Of a DNA stretch of 64,000 nt, positions 26,970-37,674 are shown in pieces (the stretch's first letter is position 1; every line of letters starts with the position of its first letter). Made by a program: the position numbers and the translations under genes. The DNA is taken from contig NW_026782427.1 in assembly GCF_031769215.1 (NCBI RefSeq), forward strand, positions 1-64,000, written 5' to 3'. This stretch comes from Ylistrum balloti. Lineage: Eukaryota. The notes under the pieces are model-generated. The model saw only the letters and a program-made list of their open reading frames with translations, had not been told where the DNA came from and made no database searches.

Positions 26970-27201
26970 ATTACCACCTTTCTGAAGAATTATAGCATAG
27001 TTGAATCGACACTAACAACTCATGCAAATGTACACTTTTCTGTAGCCTGTCAATGGTGCCACCGGAGTAACCAGCCAGACGAATCTCAACCTGTGATAAA
27101 TTAAAATCTGGTGACAAACTAGGTTCGATATTCATAGAATGTTGGAGTCGACGAATGAAACTATGCCCCAGGACTAAACGATGATACTGTTCACTAGGCA
27201 T
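26970..27201 (-). pseudogene. N-terminal fragment of an SGNH-hydrolase-like protein, cut by the Mag LTR
   Basis: Block I-like LGHSFIRRL and block II-like GYSGG. After a frameshift, IILQKGGN (GxND-like) ends exactly at the LTR. Confidence 0.55.
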
Positions 27202-27625
27202 GTTTACGTGTAAAATATATACTTAAATGTAAATAATCCAAGGATTACGATGATCCAGACAAAGAAATGGCCAGGGGAAGAAAAAACACCTCCGTCACAG
27301 CCTCTCCAGTGTTGACAGTCCAAGTGGAACGGCGAGGTATAGACCAACAATAAAAGCGTCCGCCACTCAGATCCGGATATAAGGAAAATAATGTTTCTTT
27401 TTTGGTTTTTTGTAGATTAAATTGAAATTATATTAGGCTCCTAAGGGTTAACCTAAACAAGTAAGGGGCAACATAAAGGACAATAGTTCTATATGTGTCG
27501 CCACATAAAATTAGCTATGCATATTGCCACCATATATTATAATGCATATATAGATTAATATTGTGTATTTTGAAAAAAGTTGTATTTTCATTATCAAATA
27601 TGATAACTTTTATATCTTTTAATAG

Positions 27626-28273
27626 ACTAAAGTACAACAGCTGTCTGAGGAGAATGCAAAGGAGCTTTTGACTAAAGCCTTAACATTCCACCCTGGATTG
27701 ATGTTTGACATCATAGAGCCCATGGCCCCTCAGCCTGGAGGACACCATCAGCTCCACCAAAGTGGTGCACTTGCACCAGGTGTAGGGAGATGCCAACAGA
27801 AGCAGAGAGAGTTTGCTGTGGCTGTGCTGTGTATTGATCCTCCCAGTATATATTTATGTGGCTTCCAACAGTCTGCGATTAGATCTGATTTATCACAAAT
27901 GTTCATACAGGATCTTACATGAGTTACCATTTGATATGTTTATTTCAGAAACTTGTCTACTAATTTTCCCTAGCAAGCTGAATTGAAAAAAAAAATGTGA
28001 CTAGCTCCATAAATCACACATGAAACAAATCTAAGATCTTTATTATCACATGATCAAATTTAGTATAATTACTTAAGCAAATATATTGAAGAAGTTTATG
28101 TGATGAAGGCAAATAGGCACCAAGGATATAGACAGTTTATTCTTTGGCAGCATGGGAGGCTTGGCGCTGGGAATCGCAGGGTTATTCCAAGCTGCTGTAT
28201 TTGGAGAATCCGTGACCGATATCCAGATCCCTTTGGCCAGTAAAAAGGATTTGTCCCTGGAGGACTTGCCTGA
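27626..28273 (+). pseudogene. Second KolX/P2RX7-C-like gene remnant
   Basis: PKWCTCTRCREMPTEAERVCC (frameshifted), then a last exon [33 protein letters not shown]. Confidence 0.75.
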
Positions 28274-28294
28274 TAAATATTTGTTTTGACTTAT

Positions 28295-28610
28295 GGTGCT
28301 AGATAATGTGTGATGGTGTGACTGATGGTGCTAGATATTGTGTAATGTGTGTTGGTGTGACTGGTGGTACAACCTACTGTGTACAATGTGTTAGTTTGAC
28401 TGATGGTGCTAGCTACTGTGTAATGTGTGACTGATGGTGAAAGCTACCATGTAATGTGTGTCAGTGTGCCTGATGGTGCTACATATTGTAAAATGAGTGT
28501 TGGTGTGACTGATAGTGCTAGCTACTGTGTAATGTGTGGCCGATGGTGCTAGCTACTGTGTAATATGTGATGGTGTGACTGATAGTGTTAGCTGAAGTGT
28601 AATATGCAAC
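28295..28610. repeat. Minisatellite (gtgtgactgatggtgctagctactgtgtaat-like units)
   Basis: About 8 degenerate 33-45-bp units are visible. Confidence 0.85.
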
Positions 28611-28754
28611 GAGACTTAAGCATAAAATATGTTTGTTCATGGTTTCTCAGCGAAGTGGGATAATTTACAAATAACATTTCTGATTTTCAGTAAATTTATA
28701 ATGAGAAATCAAAACATGACAAAGTTTTAGCGGTATGCCAACTTTTTTTCACAG

Positions 28755-29738
28755 GTTAGATGCAACGCATGATGATGGATCACTAGGCCGTCTGATAAAT
28801 GATGACAGGAAGCCAAAGATGGTTCCGATTTGTGGAGAGCCCCATATTTTCTTCTATGCCATCAGAGATATACATCCAAGGGAGGAATTGTTATACTGCT
28901 ATGGAAATGGTCCATATCCCTGGAGAAATACTACAAATGTAAAGGACTCTCCAAATGATCTTGTATCCAGTATACAGAAGGATAGTATACCTGTGACAGA
29001 AACTGATGATACTGCTACATACAGTTCCAAGGAACCAGCAGCTGACATTTCTGTGTCAATGGTCAATATCCCTGCATCTGCAACTGATGCCAGCAAACCA
29101 GATACTGACTTTTGTAAGTATAAATTATATATATGTTACACTTTTTGTTTGTTTTTTTTTTTGTTGTCTTTATTTCTCTTGTGACACAGGAAGAGGATGA
29201 AAATAAGGTTCTAAAGACCTCTGATGAACAAATGATAAACATGTATCCCAGTAATCATCAGGAACTAAGTAAGATTATTTATCCTTTTGCAGTGATGTTT
29301 AGTAAACGATTAAGTAAACATATTATTTGCTGTATTGTAAAATAAAAAAAGAGAAACCATTTCATCTTTCTGTCACAAAGTTTGTATTTTTAAACTCATT
29401 ACTGTATTATCACTTTACCTGATGTGTATATATTACATTTTCAGTAACTACACACAGTCCTGAATGTATGTTATCAGATGTAACTGATGAAGATGTGATG
29501 GCTCCCTCATCGGTTGACAAGCATGACAAACCATCAAATCTACCCAGAGATACAGTTGCTACCCTGGATGATGGCATTGATAACACCCCAGTTTCAAAGA
29601 CAAATGTACAAGTAGTTATGATGGAAACTGATGATACTGCTACATACAGTTCCAATGAACCAGCATCTGACATTTCTGTGTCAATGGTCAACATCCCTGC
29701 ATCTGCAACTGATACCAGCAAACCAGATACTGACCTTT
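28755..29738 (+). pseudogene. SET-domain (KMT5A/PR-Set7-like C-terminal half) multi-exon fragment
   Basis: Exon 28755-29113 reads LDATHDDGSLGRLINDD..PH..FYAIRDI...EELLY.YG..YPW, followed by low-complexity exons with gtaagt donors. The N-terminal exons are absent. Confidence 0.7.
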
Positions 29739-29789
29739 GTAAGTATAAATTATATATATGTTACACTTTCTTTTATATTGTTATGTCTT

Positions 29790-29880
29790 TATTTGGTAAG
29801 CCAGATATTGATTTATTTGCCAGTCGCCTCAATCATCAACTTTTCAAACATATAACTTGTCGACCAGATCCTTTTGAATT
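29790..29880 (+). pseudogene. DIRS1-type methyltransferase-like domain fragment
   Basis: FGKPDIDLFASRLNHQL....RPDP. Confidence 0.6.
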
Positions 29881-30049
29881 TTAAAATAACGAAAATTCCT
29901 AAAGTTAAATAAGATTCATTAAACTGGGGCCTGCAGGTACACTATACATGTATATGAAATTTCAGTACATCAAGCTGTGAGAAGCCTTGTGTTTTTGTGC
30001 TTGTTGCGACAAATATGTAGAAGGTATCATTTTTTTTACAGTTCAATCA

Positions 30050-30790
30050 ATGGACATACAGGTAGAAAATGTACAAAAACCTATGTTCACCTGTCCAAAT
30101 TGTAATGGCTGGTTTACAGACAGGCAAACCTATGATTCACACCCTTGTGCTGACGTGGCTGCAGAAAATGGATCCCAAAGCACCAACTCCAGTTCCCAGT
30201 CCTCTCAATTATGATACTAACAAGGGTACAACTGCGACTAGTAGTTTATGGAGGAGATCAGCAACTTTAATGTTGATAGATAAATTTTCTATGTATCAAG
30301 AAAAGAAAGAATCTGGCCGCATGACAAAGAAGGAAATGTGGGACCTTATCAGTAGGACTCTCAGCTCCAAATGATATTCCTACATTCGTGAACAGGTATC
30401 TGGCAGATCACAATGCTAAATCGGGAAACAATCCAAAATCGTACGAATATGAAACTGCACTGGATGAACTGTTTGCATCTGACCCATGTGTACTGCCGGT
30501 AATAACTAAATCCTCATCAACAAAAAGAAAAACCAGCTGTAAAACTTAACTGAGTTCTGCGGAGACCGAGAGGATAGATGAATCCAATACTACTGACGAC
30601 CATGGGAATGACAGTACACCTCCTGATAGCACAACAGCTTGAGTTTCACGATCAAGTAGTAAGGAGGTAGTGGAATTGTTCAAAACCTATCTAGATGACC
30701 AGAAGACAAAACAGAAGGAAGACCTGTAGAGACGAGAAAGAATGCACAAGGAAAACTCTAAGTTATGAACAGTTTTATTAAGGCCATTAA
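30050..30790 (+). pseudogene. Zn finger + Myb/SANT (trihelix) protein, Harbinger-partner-like, degenerate
   Basis: CPNC..F..HPC, then W..SATLMLID....KKEMW..IS..L, then a C-terminal coiled-coil with stops. Confidence 0.55.
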
Positions 30791-31114
30791 AAATAATGGA
30801 AGTAGTTCAGCGGGAAATCACCCCATGTCCAACAGAAGTCATGATGCCCAGTGATAGATCACTTTTTTTAAATGGTTAGTTCATTGTCAAAAATAACTAT
30901 CATGTTATATTAGCAGTAATCTATATGCCTGGCATTTAGATCAAATTTATCATAAAATTGATTTTTGAACCTTTTGTTTCCATGATAATCAAAATTACAG
31001 TATATAAATATTTTTTAATGCATGATTTCTTTGTTCTATTCAGTGTTTATAATATTATTTCCATCTTTCGTTTTATTTTCAGAATGTTCAGCAAAAACAA
31101 AGTATGTAACTGCT

Positions 31115-31306
31115 TTTATCAATAGAACTACAAGATATGCCAGTGATAACAACGTTTTAGTTCCAAAACACAGAACTGTTTTTTACTCAAACCATTTTTT
31201 AATATCGAGTATCAAAGATTGGAATCTTTTACCTCCCGAACTTAAGGGGATCAATTGTTTTACTGCTTTTAAAAGACAACTAGTCAAACTTTTACTTGAT
31301 TTGTAG
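31115..31306 (+). pseudogene. 3' end of a CR1/L2-type LINE ORF2
   Basis: TRYAS....VPKHRT.FYSN.F..SSIKDWNLLP.ELK......FKRQL. Confidence 0.65.
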
Positions 31307-31409
31307 ACAATTTTGCAAGTTACTGCTGCTTTTTACGTTTTAGTGTAACCAAGTCTTTTATTTGTACACTGTATACTTTTTAATAATGTATGTAATCATG
31401 TCATTTTTG

Positions 31410-32450
31410 CCTTTTGAGGTGCATACAGATGCGAGTTCCAAGGCATTAGGCGCAGTTTTATACCAGGAAGAGAACGGCAAGAAAGCAGTCATAAGCTATG
31501 CCAGTAGAGGACTGAGTCGAGCAGAACGCAATTACCCTGCGCATAAATGGGCCGTAACAGACAAATTTCAGGATTATTTGTATGGAACAACATTTACTGT
31601 GTATACGGATAATAATCCCCTGACATACGTTTTGTCAACAGCCAAGTTGGACAGCTGCTCTAGCATCATATGATTTTTCAATCAAGTACCGTCCTGGAAA
31701 GTGTAACACTGATGCAGACATGCTGTCAAAACTTGAGTACAGTAATAGTGATGATGATCCAGAAGGAGAAATTGAGCAGATTACTATAAAGGCTGTTTGT
31801 TCCAGCATACAGACTCGTGCTAGAGCTGAAGTGGTCACCTCTGATTCCTTGATTGATCTAGATGATCTGGATAATGGTGTTATGGAAAATATGACACAAC
31901 GACAGTGGAGGAGCATGCATGCACAAGATAGAGTTTTGAGGCCAATGATCACAGCTATCAGAGATGCTAGGAAGCCACATAGACGGAATCTCTCCAAGTT
32001 ACTGAGATACTTTGACAGTCTTGTTTTGGACCAAGGTGTGCTTTGCCGTACTTCAAAGAGAAATGGGGAATGTGTTCGACAATGTGTGCTTCCTTCAGTG
32101 TTAGTTAACAAAGTTCTCCATTACTTCCATGATTGTGTTGGACATCCTGGAAGAGACAGGACACTCTCTTTGATTCAAGAGAAATTCTTCTGGCCTGGGA
32201 TGACAAAAGACGTGGATAAATGGATACAGAAGTGCCCTCGTTGCACCAGAAGGAAAACACCATGTTCTACGCAGAGATCACCTTTGGTACCCATAGTTTC
32301 AACACAGCCATTGGAAGTCATCTGTGTTGACTTTTTGAGACTCCATCAGATCAGGGAGCCAACTTTGTTGGAAAGGTTATCCAGGAGTTATGTTTGACAG
32401 CGGGAATAAAGAAATCACGAACAACACCATACCATCCCATGGGAAATGGG
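31410..32450 (+). mobile_element. Gypsy pol fragment (RNase H + integrase N-half), left of the AcademH insertion
   Basis: TDASSKALGAVLYQ..YASRGLS..ERNYPAH, TDNNPL, H..GH..C..C (integrase Zn finger), and [11 protein letters not shown] ending at the TSD. Confidence 0.92.
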
Positions 32451-33572
32451 TACTCCAACAATGTTAGAGGTTTTACACGGCGAGACACTTTTGATAGGCG
32501 CCGTGTAACCTCTAACTTCCCATAGGCGATTTACCCGATGCTGACAGGCCAATAATCAAAGTTCCGATTATAGCATTATTTATCAATTTTACTTACATTT
32601 AAATGACCAGCGATGTCGTGTTAATACCTCTCTTTGAAAAATCCATTATAAAATCCAGGTTGATAAGAGAAAACAGCATAAAATAATGATTTTAACATCT
32701 CCGTGGATAAGCTGATACAACATTACAACCGAAATTATAAATACCACGTGACTGCTCGGTAAATACAAAAATGGAATACACAATGCAAAAAAAGCGGAAA
32801 GCTTCGTCCAACAGTGTTCGTTTTTGATAGGGGCATCTAGTCTTGCCTACTAAACGCGAAATTGTTATGAGGAGAAAAGGGTCGGACTTATAAATGTGAA
32901 ATTTGTTAATTAATGTATTTTAAACAATTAGAACTTACTTATAGAATATAAAAACTACCAATATTACATCATGACCTACATACGCTGGTCGGCAGATTTA
33001 TTATCTGACGTTATTCGTATTCATTGCATAATTGGAATTTTTAATTAACATAATTTATAAAAAGGCATATTCATGATTTCATCCGAAATAATTCAGGATT
33101 TATAATTGCGTGGAGACAATGAACTGAGCATCACATAATGCACACGTTTCTTTCTTACACAAGATGTGTACAGACTTATCATTACATATTCAATATCTTG
33201 AAGGTTGAGTGTTACATCTATAGCTGGAATGATCGTTTCTAATCCATTATCGCTTTTTTTCAAACAGCTGTAAATTTGCAAATCTTTAATGGTAAACAGC
33301 ATGATGATGATAATGATTATGTTGATTTGAAATTTCTTTCTTCATTTTTTCCTTTCGTTTAATACGCCAATCGAAGTACATGTATGGCATGACACTGTCC
33401 GTCCAAACGTCCATTGTAACTTTCCGTTTGTCCGAAGGTTTCTCCGGCAGTTTTTTTGCGTTCTGTTTAGAATTCATAATCACAAGGCTATGTGAAGTAT
33501 TGCTTCTTGTCGAGTGAAAATTGGTTATGTTTTATAGGAAAAAGTTAATATTTGTTATATTTGTTCACAATG

Positions 33573-35378
33573 TTAACTCAAGCCGTCTCCATACACAACA
33601 GTAGGGTATGGTTTGCCATCTACAGAAGGCACATACTCTTGTATCTTTTTGTAAATTGCTATAGCTCCATTTGTTGATGATGGGTTCTCGTCAAAAACTC
33701 CTAAATTCACCAGGACTGACTTCTTCCTCATTTCATTTGAATGCATATGCATAATATGAGGAATGGCACAGTCATGGAAATTGTCCCGGAACCATGGAAT
33801 ATGTCGTGTCAGTATCCGCCCTATGATAGTCGACATGCGGAAATCCCTCTCGCTAAAGTCTTCTTCATTTGGGACGAATGTGTCTAGCGGGAGTTGTGCT
33901 GCGGGAGTGTTACCATCAAATGCCTGAAGATGAGTAACAGGTACTCTATTTATAGCCATATAACCCAGAGCCATGTTCATGTAAGTATTAGTTCTGTCTA
34001 CTGAAGGGTTCCTGGTGACTACCTTCTTTCCAACGTTGTCCCAGCAAGTTGTGAAACCAGGATGAAGTTCTTTCGCGACATTTTCTAACACTGTGTCTGG
34101 ATCATCATGAACAGGTGCGATGCCACTTAAGTCTAAGTGCATTTCATTTGGTTCCCTCTCATCGAAAGACTCTTCAAAAAACTCATTTAAATCTAAATCA
34201 TCTTCTTCATCAACCTCCTCCCCCTCCCCTTCATCATATGATTCATCTTCCGAATCTTCCCATTCCCATTCTTCTTCATTATCAGTTTCCTGCAATTCCT
34301 CATCAATAATCGTGTGTGAGAGGGCGGTGGACAACTCAAGTTCATCCTCATCCGTGGTCGGCTGTTCTGTCACACCAGAAGAAAGCTGCTCGTGAAGCTC
34401 TTCTTTCGTTGCCTTTGCCACTTCGTCAAAAGACTTTCTGATGTGATCAATGGCATTTACAGTGCCTTTGTAACCTAGACACAAACCTGTTCGACTGATT
34501 TGTTTTAAAGTATCCTTTTTCAGACCTCCTCTCCATAACTGTATAGAAAACAGTGTAGGTAAAAAGCTTGCCTTCCTTGGGGCCTTTGCGTGTAGGAGTG
34601 TAGCTAAAGCACATCCAACCATTGGTTTGAGATTTGTTTTTTGACCCCGCATGAGTGTTTCTGCACCTTTAACTGTCGTTGCTATCCCAGTCAAAACAGC
34701 TGATGTCAAGGGTGCAAGGGTTGCAAAGGTCGCCAGTGTTTCACTCGACGAAAATGAACTTGTATTTGCTAAGCTTACGTCCCTAAACAAGGGGAAATCA
34801 GACTTTAGAAGCTTTTGAATTTCCCCGCGAACAATTTTACTTACAACCGATTGAAAGTGCTTTCTTGAACCAGTAGTTTCGTTATATAACCCTCTAATTG
34901 CAGAGGAATATCTCCGTGTGCTGACGTTGTGTATAATTGGATCCCATCGTGAAGAATGCGCTGTTTTCCTCACGAAAATCCCTGATTTTGTTCGCCTCAA
35001 AGGTGTGCTGGTTTTTTGTTGAGTATTAGAGCTTGCAATTGTGACCGATTGTTGTGAGGAAGCCGAAGGCATCACCATAGCACTATCTTCATTTTTGGAA
35101 TGTATATATGAACCTTTCCTTGAACGACTCCAGAAGTCATCTACGGATTTCCGATATTTCCGACTATCAGAAAGGCTACTCCAGCAGGAAGGACAGAGAT
35201 ATTTCCCAGACCGCTTTTTGGAAACCGGTGTGAAGCTTGCATTTGATATGGACGACAAAGCTTCTCTTCCCGTAACTTCAGATTTTGGTAAAGTTGTTTC
35301 TAGAGAAAATCTGAAAAATCCTTTACCTTTGACCTTCTGTTTGAAGTTGTCTCCGCAGTTGGCACAAAGATTATCCAT
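33573..35378 (-). CDS. Academ-type transposase, C-terminally truncated
   Basis: N-terminal C..C...C..C, then G.CLGY, an acidic tract, WDNVG, NRVP, EMRKKS..VNLG..DENPSS and YGDGLS, followed immediately by TAA. The C-terminal catalytic half is absent. Confidence 0.75.
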   Translation of the reverse strand: MDNLCANCGDNFKQKVKGKGFFRFSLETTLPKSEVTGREALSSISNASFTPVSKKRSGKYLCPSCWSSLSDSRKYRKSVDDFWSRSRKGSYIHSKNEDSAMVMPSASSQQSVTIASSNTQQKTSTPLRRTKSGIFVRKTAHSSRWDPIIHNVSTRRYSSAIRGLYNETTGSRKHFQSVVSKIVRGEIQKLLKSDFPLFRDVSLANTSSFSSSETLATFATLAPLTSAVLTGIATTVKGAETLMRGQKTNLKPMVGCALATLLHAKAPRKASFLPTLFSIQLWRGGLKKDTLKQISRTGLCLGYKGTVNAIDHIRKSFDEVAKATKEELHEQLSSGVTEQPTTDEDELELSTALSHTIIDEELQETDNEEEWEWEDSEDESYDEGEGEEVDEEDDLDLNEFFEESFDEREPNEMHLDLSGIAPVHDDPDTVLENVAKELHPGFTTCWDNVGKKVVTRNPSVDRTNTYMNMALGYMAINRVPVTHLQAFDGNTPAAQLPLDTFVPNEEDFSERDFRMSTIIGRILTRHIPWFRDNFHDCAIPHIMHMHSNEMRKKSVLVNLGVFDENPSSTNGAIAIYKKIQEYVPSVDGKPYPTVVYGDGLS

Positions 35379-35408
35379 GGTTATCTTCAGAAAGGACACA
35401 ATGAATAT

Positions 35409-35865
35409 CACAATAAACAGTCACTGTTGTAAAGGTTTAGCGGTAGAACACCACCAAACACAAAAAAAAATCCACTCTCTGTTGTGAGGCGAATCACAAT
35501 AAAAACAGTCACTGTGGTAAAGGTTTAGCGGTAGAACACCACCAAACACAAAAAAAAATCCACTCTCTGTTGTAAGGCGAATCACAATAAACAGTCACTG
35601 TGGTAAAGGTTTAGCGGTAGAACACCACCAAACACAAAAAAAAATAACAATAAACAGTCACTGTGGTAAAGGTTTAGCGGTAGAACACCACCAAACACAA
35701 AAAAAAATCCACTCTCTGTTGTGAGGCGAATCACAATAAACAGTCACTGTGGTAAAGGTTTAGCGGTAGAACACCACCAAACACAAAAAAAAATCCACTC
35801 TGTTGTAAGGCGAATCACAATAAACAGTCACCGTGGTTATGGTTTAGCAGTAGAACACAACACAC
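35409..35865. repeat. ~87-bp tandem repeat, ~5.5 copies, between the helicase and transposase genes
   Basis: Unit acaataaacagtcactgtggtaaaggtttagcggtagaacaccaccaaacacaaaaaaaaatccactctctgttgtgaggcgaatc. One copy is internally deleted. Confidence 0.95.
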
Positions 35866-35925
35866 TGTAAGTCATTATCAGAGTAGAAACATAACATCTC
35901 TTACTGCTGTACACTCATACCACTG

Positions 35926-37356
35926 TCAGTATAATGGGTCTGTTGGACCGTCAGTTAAGTCCGCGAATTTGTTTACATCAAACTGCTTTACCTTACACGG
36001 GCATTGTTGTTGACAGCGTGAGCAACACATACATTTATGGCATAGACATCTTTCTGTGTCACAATCTCCTCCGCATGCATTTTCCAAAACAGTATGGTCC
36101 GCCTTATCACCTAGGTACTTTAAAATGGTCTTCCGGAAGCAAGTGTCTCCCTCCACAATAGACTTCATATCCTTATTGGTACCCTTTGCTGACAAAGTAA
36201 AGTTGTCGTACAGCACAAATGAGTAACCCGGTCGACCGTCCCTTGCACATCTGCCAGCTTCTTGCCAGTAACTCAGTATAGATTTTGGACTTCCAATATG
36301 CATAACTATGTCTACATCATCTATTTGGATACCCATACCCAGAGCTACAGTGGCAATCAAACATCGCAAATTTGAGTTAGTATCCTTAAAGTTCTTTATT
36401 ATTCTTGTTTTTGACTCCTCGTGTATACTTCTGTGGAACATTTCAATTATCGCATGATTGGAATGTTTTATATTGTCAACATATGCATCGATTCCCAAAC
36501 TGCGTCGGAGTAAAATGAAAACGTCAGCAACCCTATCTATGCTACGGCAATATACGATTATTTTTTTGGCAGCTGAACTTTTCTCCCGTAAATGAGTTAA
36601 CAGCCAATCCAACTTTTCTTCTAAATCCGTAGAGTCGGCCTTTTTGAAATCAAGGAATATATTAGGACGGTCTGGTGATTTATCGATAATTACTGCATCA
36701 TCTATTTGAAGGTATTTCTTTATATCTTGCTTTACCGCTTCAGTTGAAGTAGCCGTTAGAGCTAAAACAGGGGCGTGTATTGCTGATCGAAGTTCATGCA
36801 AATATCTGAAATCTCTTCTGAAATCCTCACCCCACTCTGACACACAATGTACTTCATCTACAACGAGGGCGATGGTGTTTTCCCTCCACACATTTGACAT
36901 AAAAATATCTTTCCAAAATGGTTTTAGTGCCGTTTCTGGGGAAGAAAACACAAAATTGAATGTTCCTTCTTTTATTCCTTTGATAATTTCAGGGTCCATA
37001 TCTGGCTCTATTTTTGCAGCCGTGAAATTCCAGTAATGAAGACTATTTATTTGATCGTCCATGAGTGCCCGTAAAGGTGAAATGACCAAGGTGATAGGAT
37101 TTGCTATATCTGCTAGCATTGCTGAAAGTACTGCACAAAATGTCTTACCATAGCCAGTTGGGAGCAATCCAATAACATTTTTTTTTTCGATGATACATTT
37201 TGCAGCTTCAAACTGTTCAGGTTTGGGTTCAAATTTGATGTTATATCTCCCTTTCACTGTATTAAACTTCTCTTTCAGCTCAGTTATATCCATTTTGATA
37301 AAACTTAACAAAATACAACAAGAAATGCAACCATTAACGTTAACACTTGCTTGCAT
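35926..37356 (-). CDS. RecQ-like SF2 helicase of AcademH (likely start ATG 37293)
   Basis: Uninterrupted ORF with motifs PTGYGKT, ISPL.ALM.DQ, DEVH, TAT, AT.ALGMG and QEAGRCARDG, plus a C-terminal Cys cluster. Confidence 0.93.
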   Translation of the reverse strand: MQASVNVNGCISCCILLSFIKMDITELKEKFNTVKGRYNIKFEPKPEQFEAAKCIIEKKNVIGLLPTGYGKTFCAVLSAMLADIANPITLVISPLRALMDDQINSLHYWNFTAAKIEPDMDPEIIKGIKEGTFNFVFSSPETALKPFWKDIFMSNVWRENTIALVVDEVHCVSEWGEDFRRDFRYLHELRSAIHAPVLALTATSTEAVKQDIKKYLQIDDAVIIDKSPDRPNIFLDFKKADSTDLEEKLDWLLTHLREKSSAAKKIIVYCRSIDRVADVFILLRRSLGIDAYVDNIKHSNHAIIEMFHRSIHEESKTRIIKNFKDTNSNLRCLIATVALGMGIQIDDVDIVMHIGSPKSILSYWQEAGRCARDGRPGYSFVLYDNFTLSAKGTNKDMKSIVEGDTCFRKTILKYLGDKADHTVLENACGGDCDTERCLCHKCMCCSRCQQQCPCKVKQFDVNKFADLTDGPTDPLY

Positions 37357-37674
37357 TTATAACTCACATTGGTTGATATAGCGCTGTTGTCATGTTATAT
37401 GACACCATGGGCAACATGGTAGGCCTATATATATATGTGTGTTACGAGAAAACATAGTACTTTCAGGGTAACACTGAGATTAAAATACCGCGGTGCATTA
37501 TGGGAGATGCTGGATCATCGATTCATTGAAGAAAAAAACTGTAGCCCAAATTTACAAGTAAAGTTTGGGTTATTTGGTATATTGTTTATAAACTACTGGC
37601 ACGTGTCTCCACTAATTTACATACAATGTAAACATTACAGTTTGGCGGGAAAAACTTAACAAGTGCATTCCGCC

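Noticed and set aside
35041-35487. Antisense ORFs (also 31635-32111, 47053-47451, 62209-62622, 63176-63607, 53780-54272)
   Set aside because: They are shadows of real coding frames on the opposite strand, with no motifs.
35409-35865. CRISPR-like array (also 57166-57460 and 28295-28610)
   Set aside because: Units are contiguous tandem copies with no unique spacers, there are no cas genes, and the context is eukaryotic.
35926-37356. Host RecQ/BLM/WRN gene
   Set aside because: It is intronless, has only the helicase core, and lies inside a TSD-bounded element beside an Academ-type transposase.
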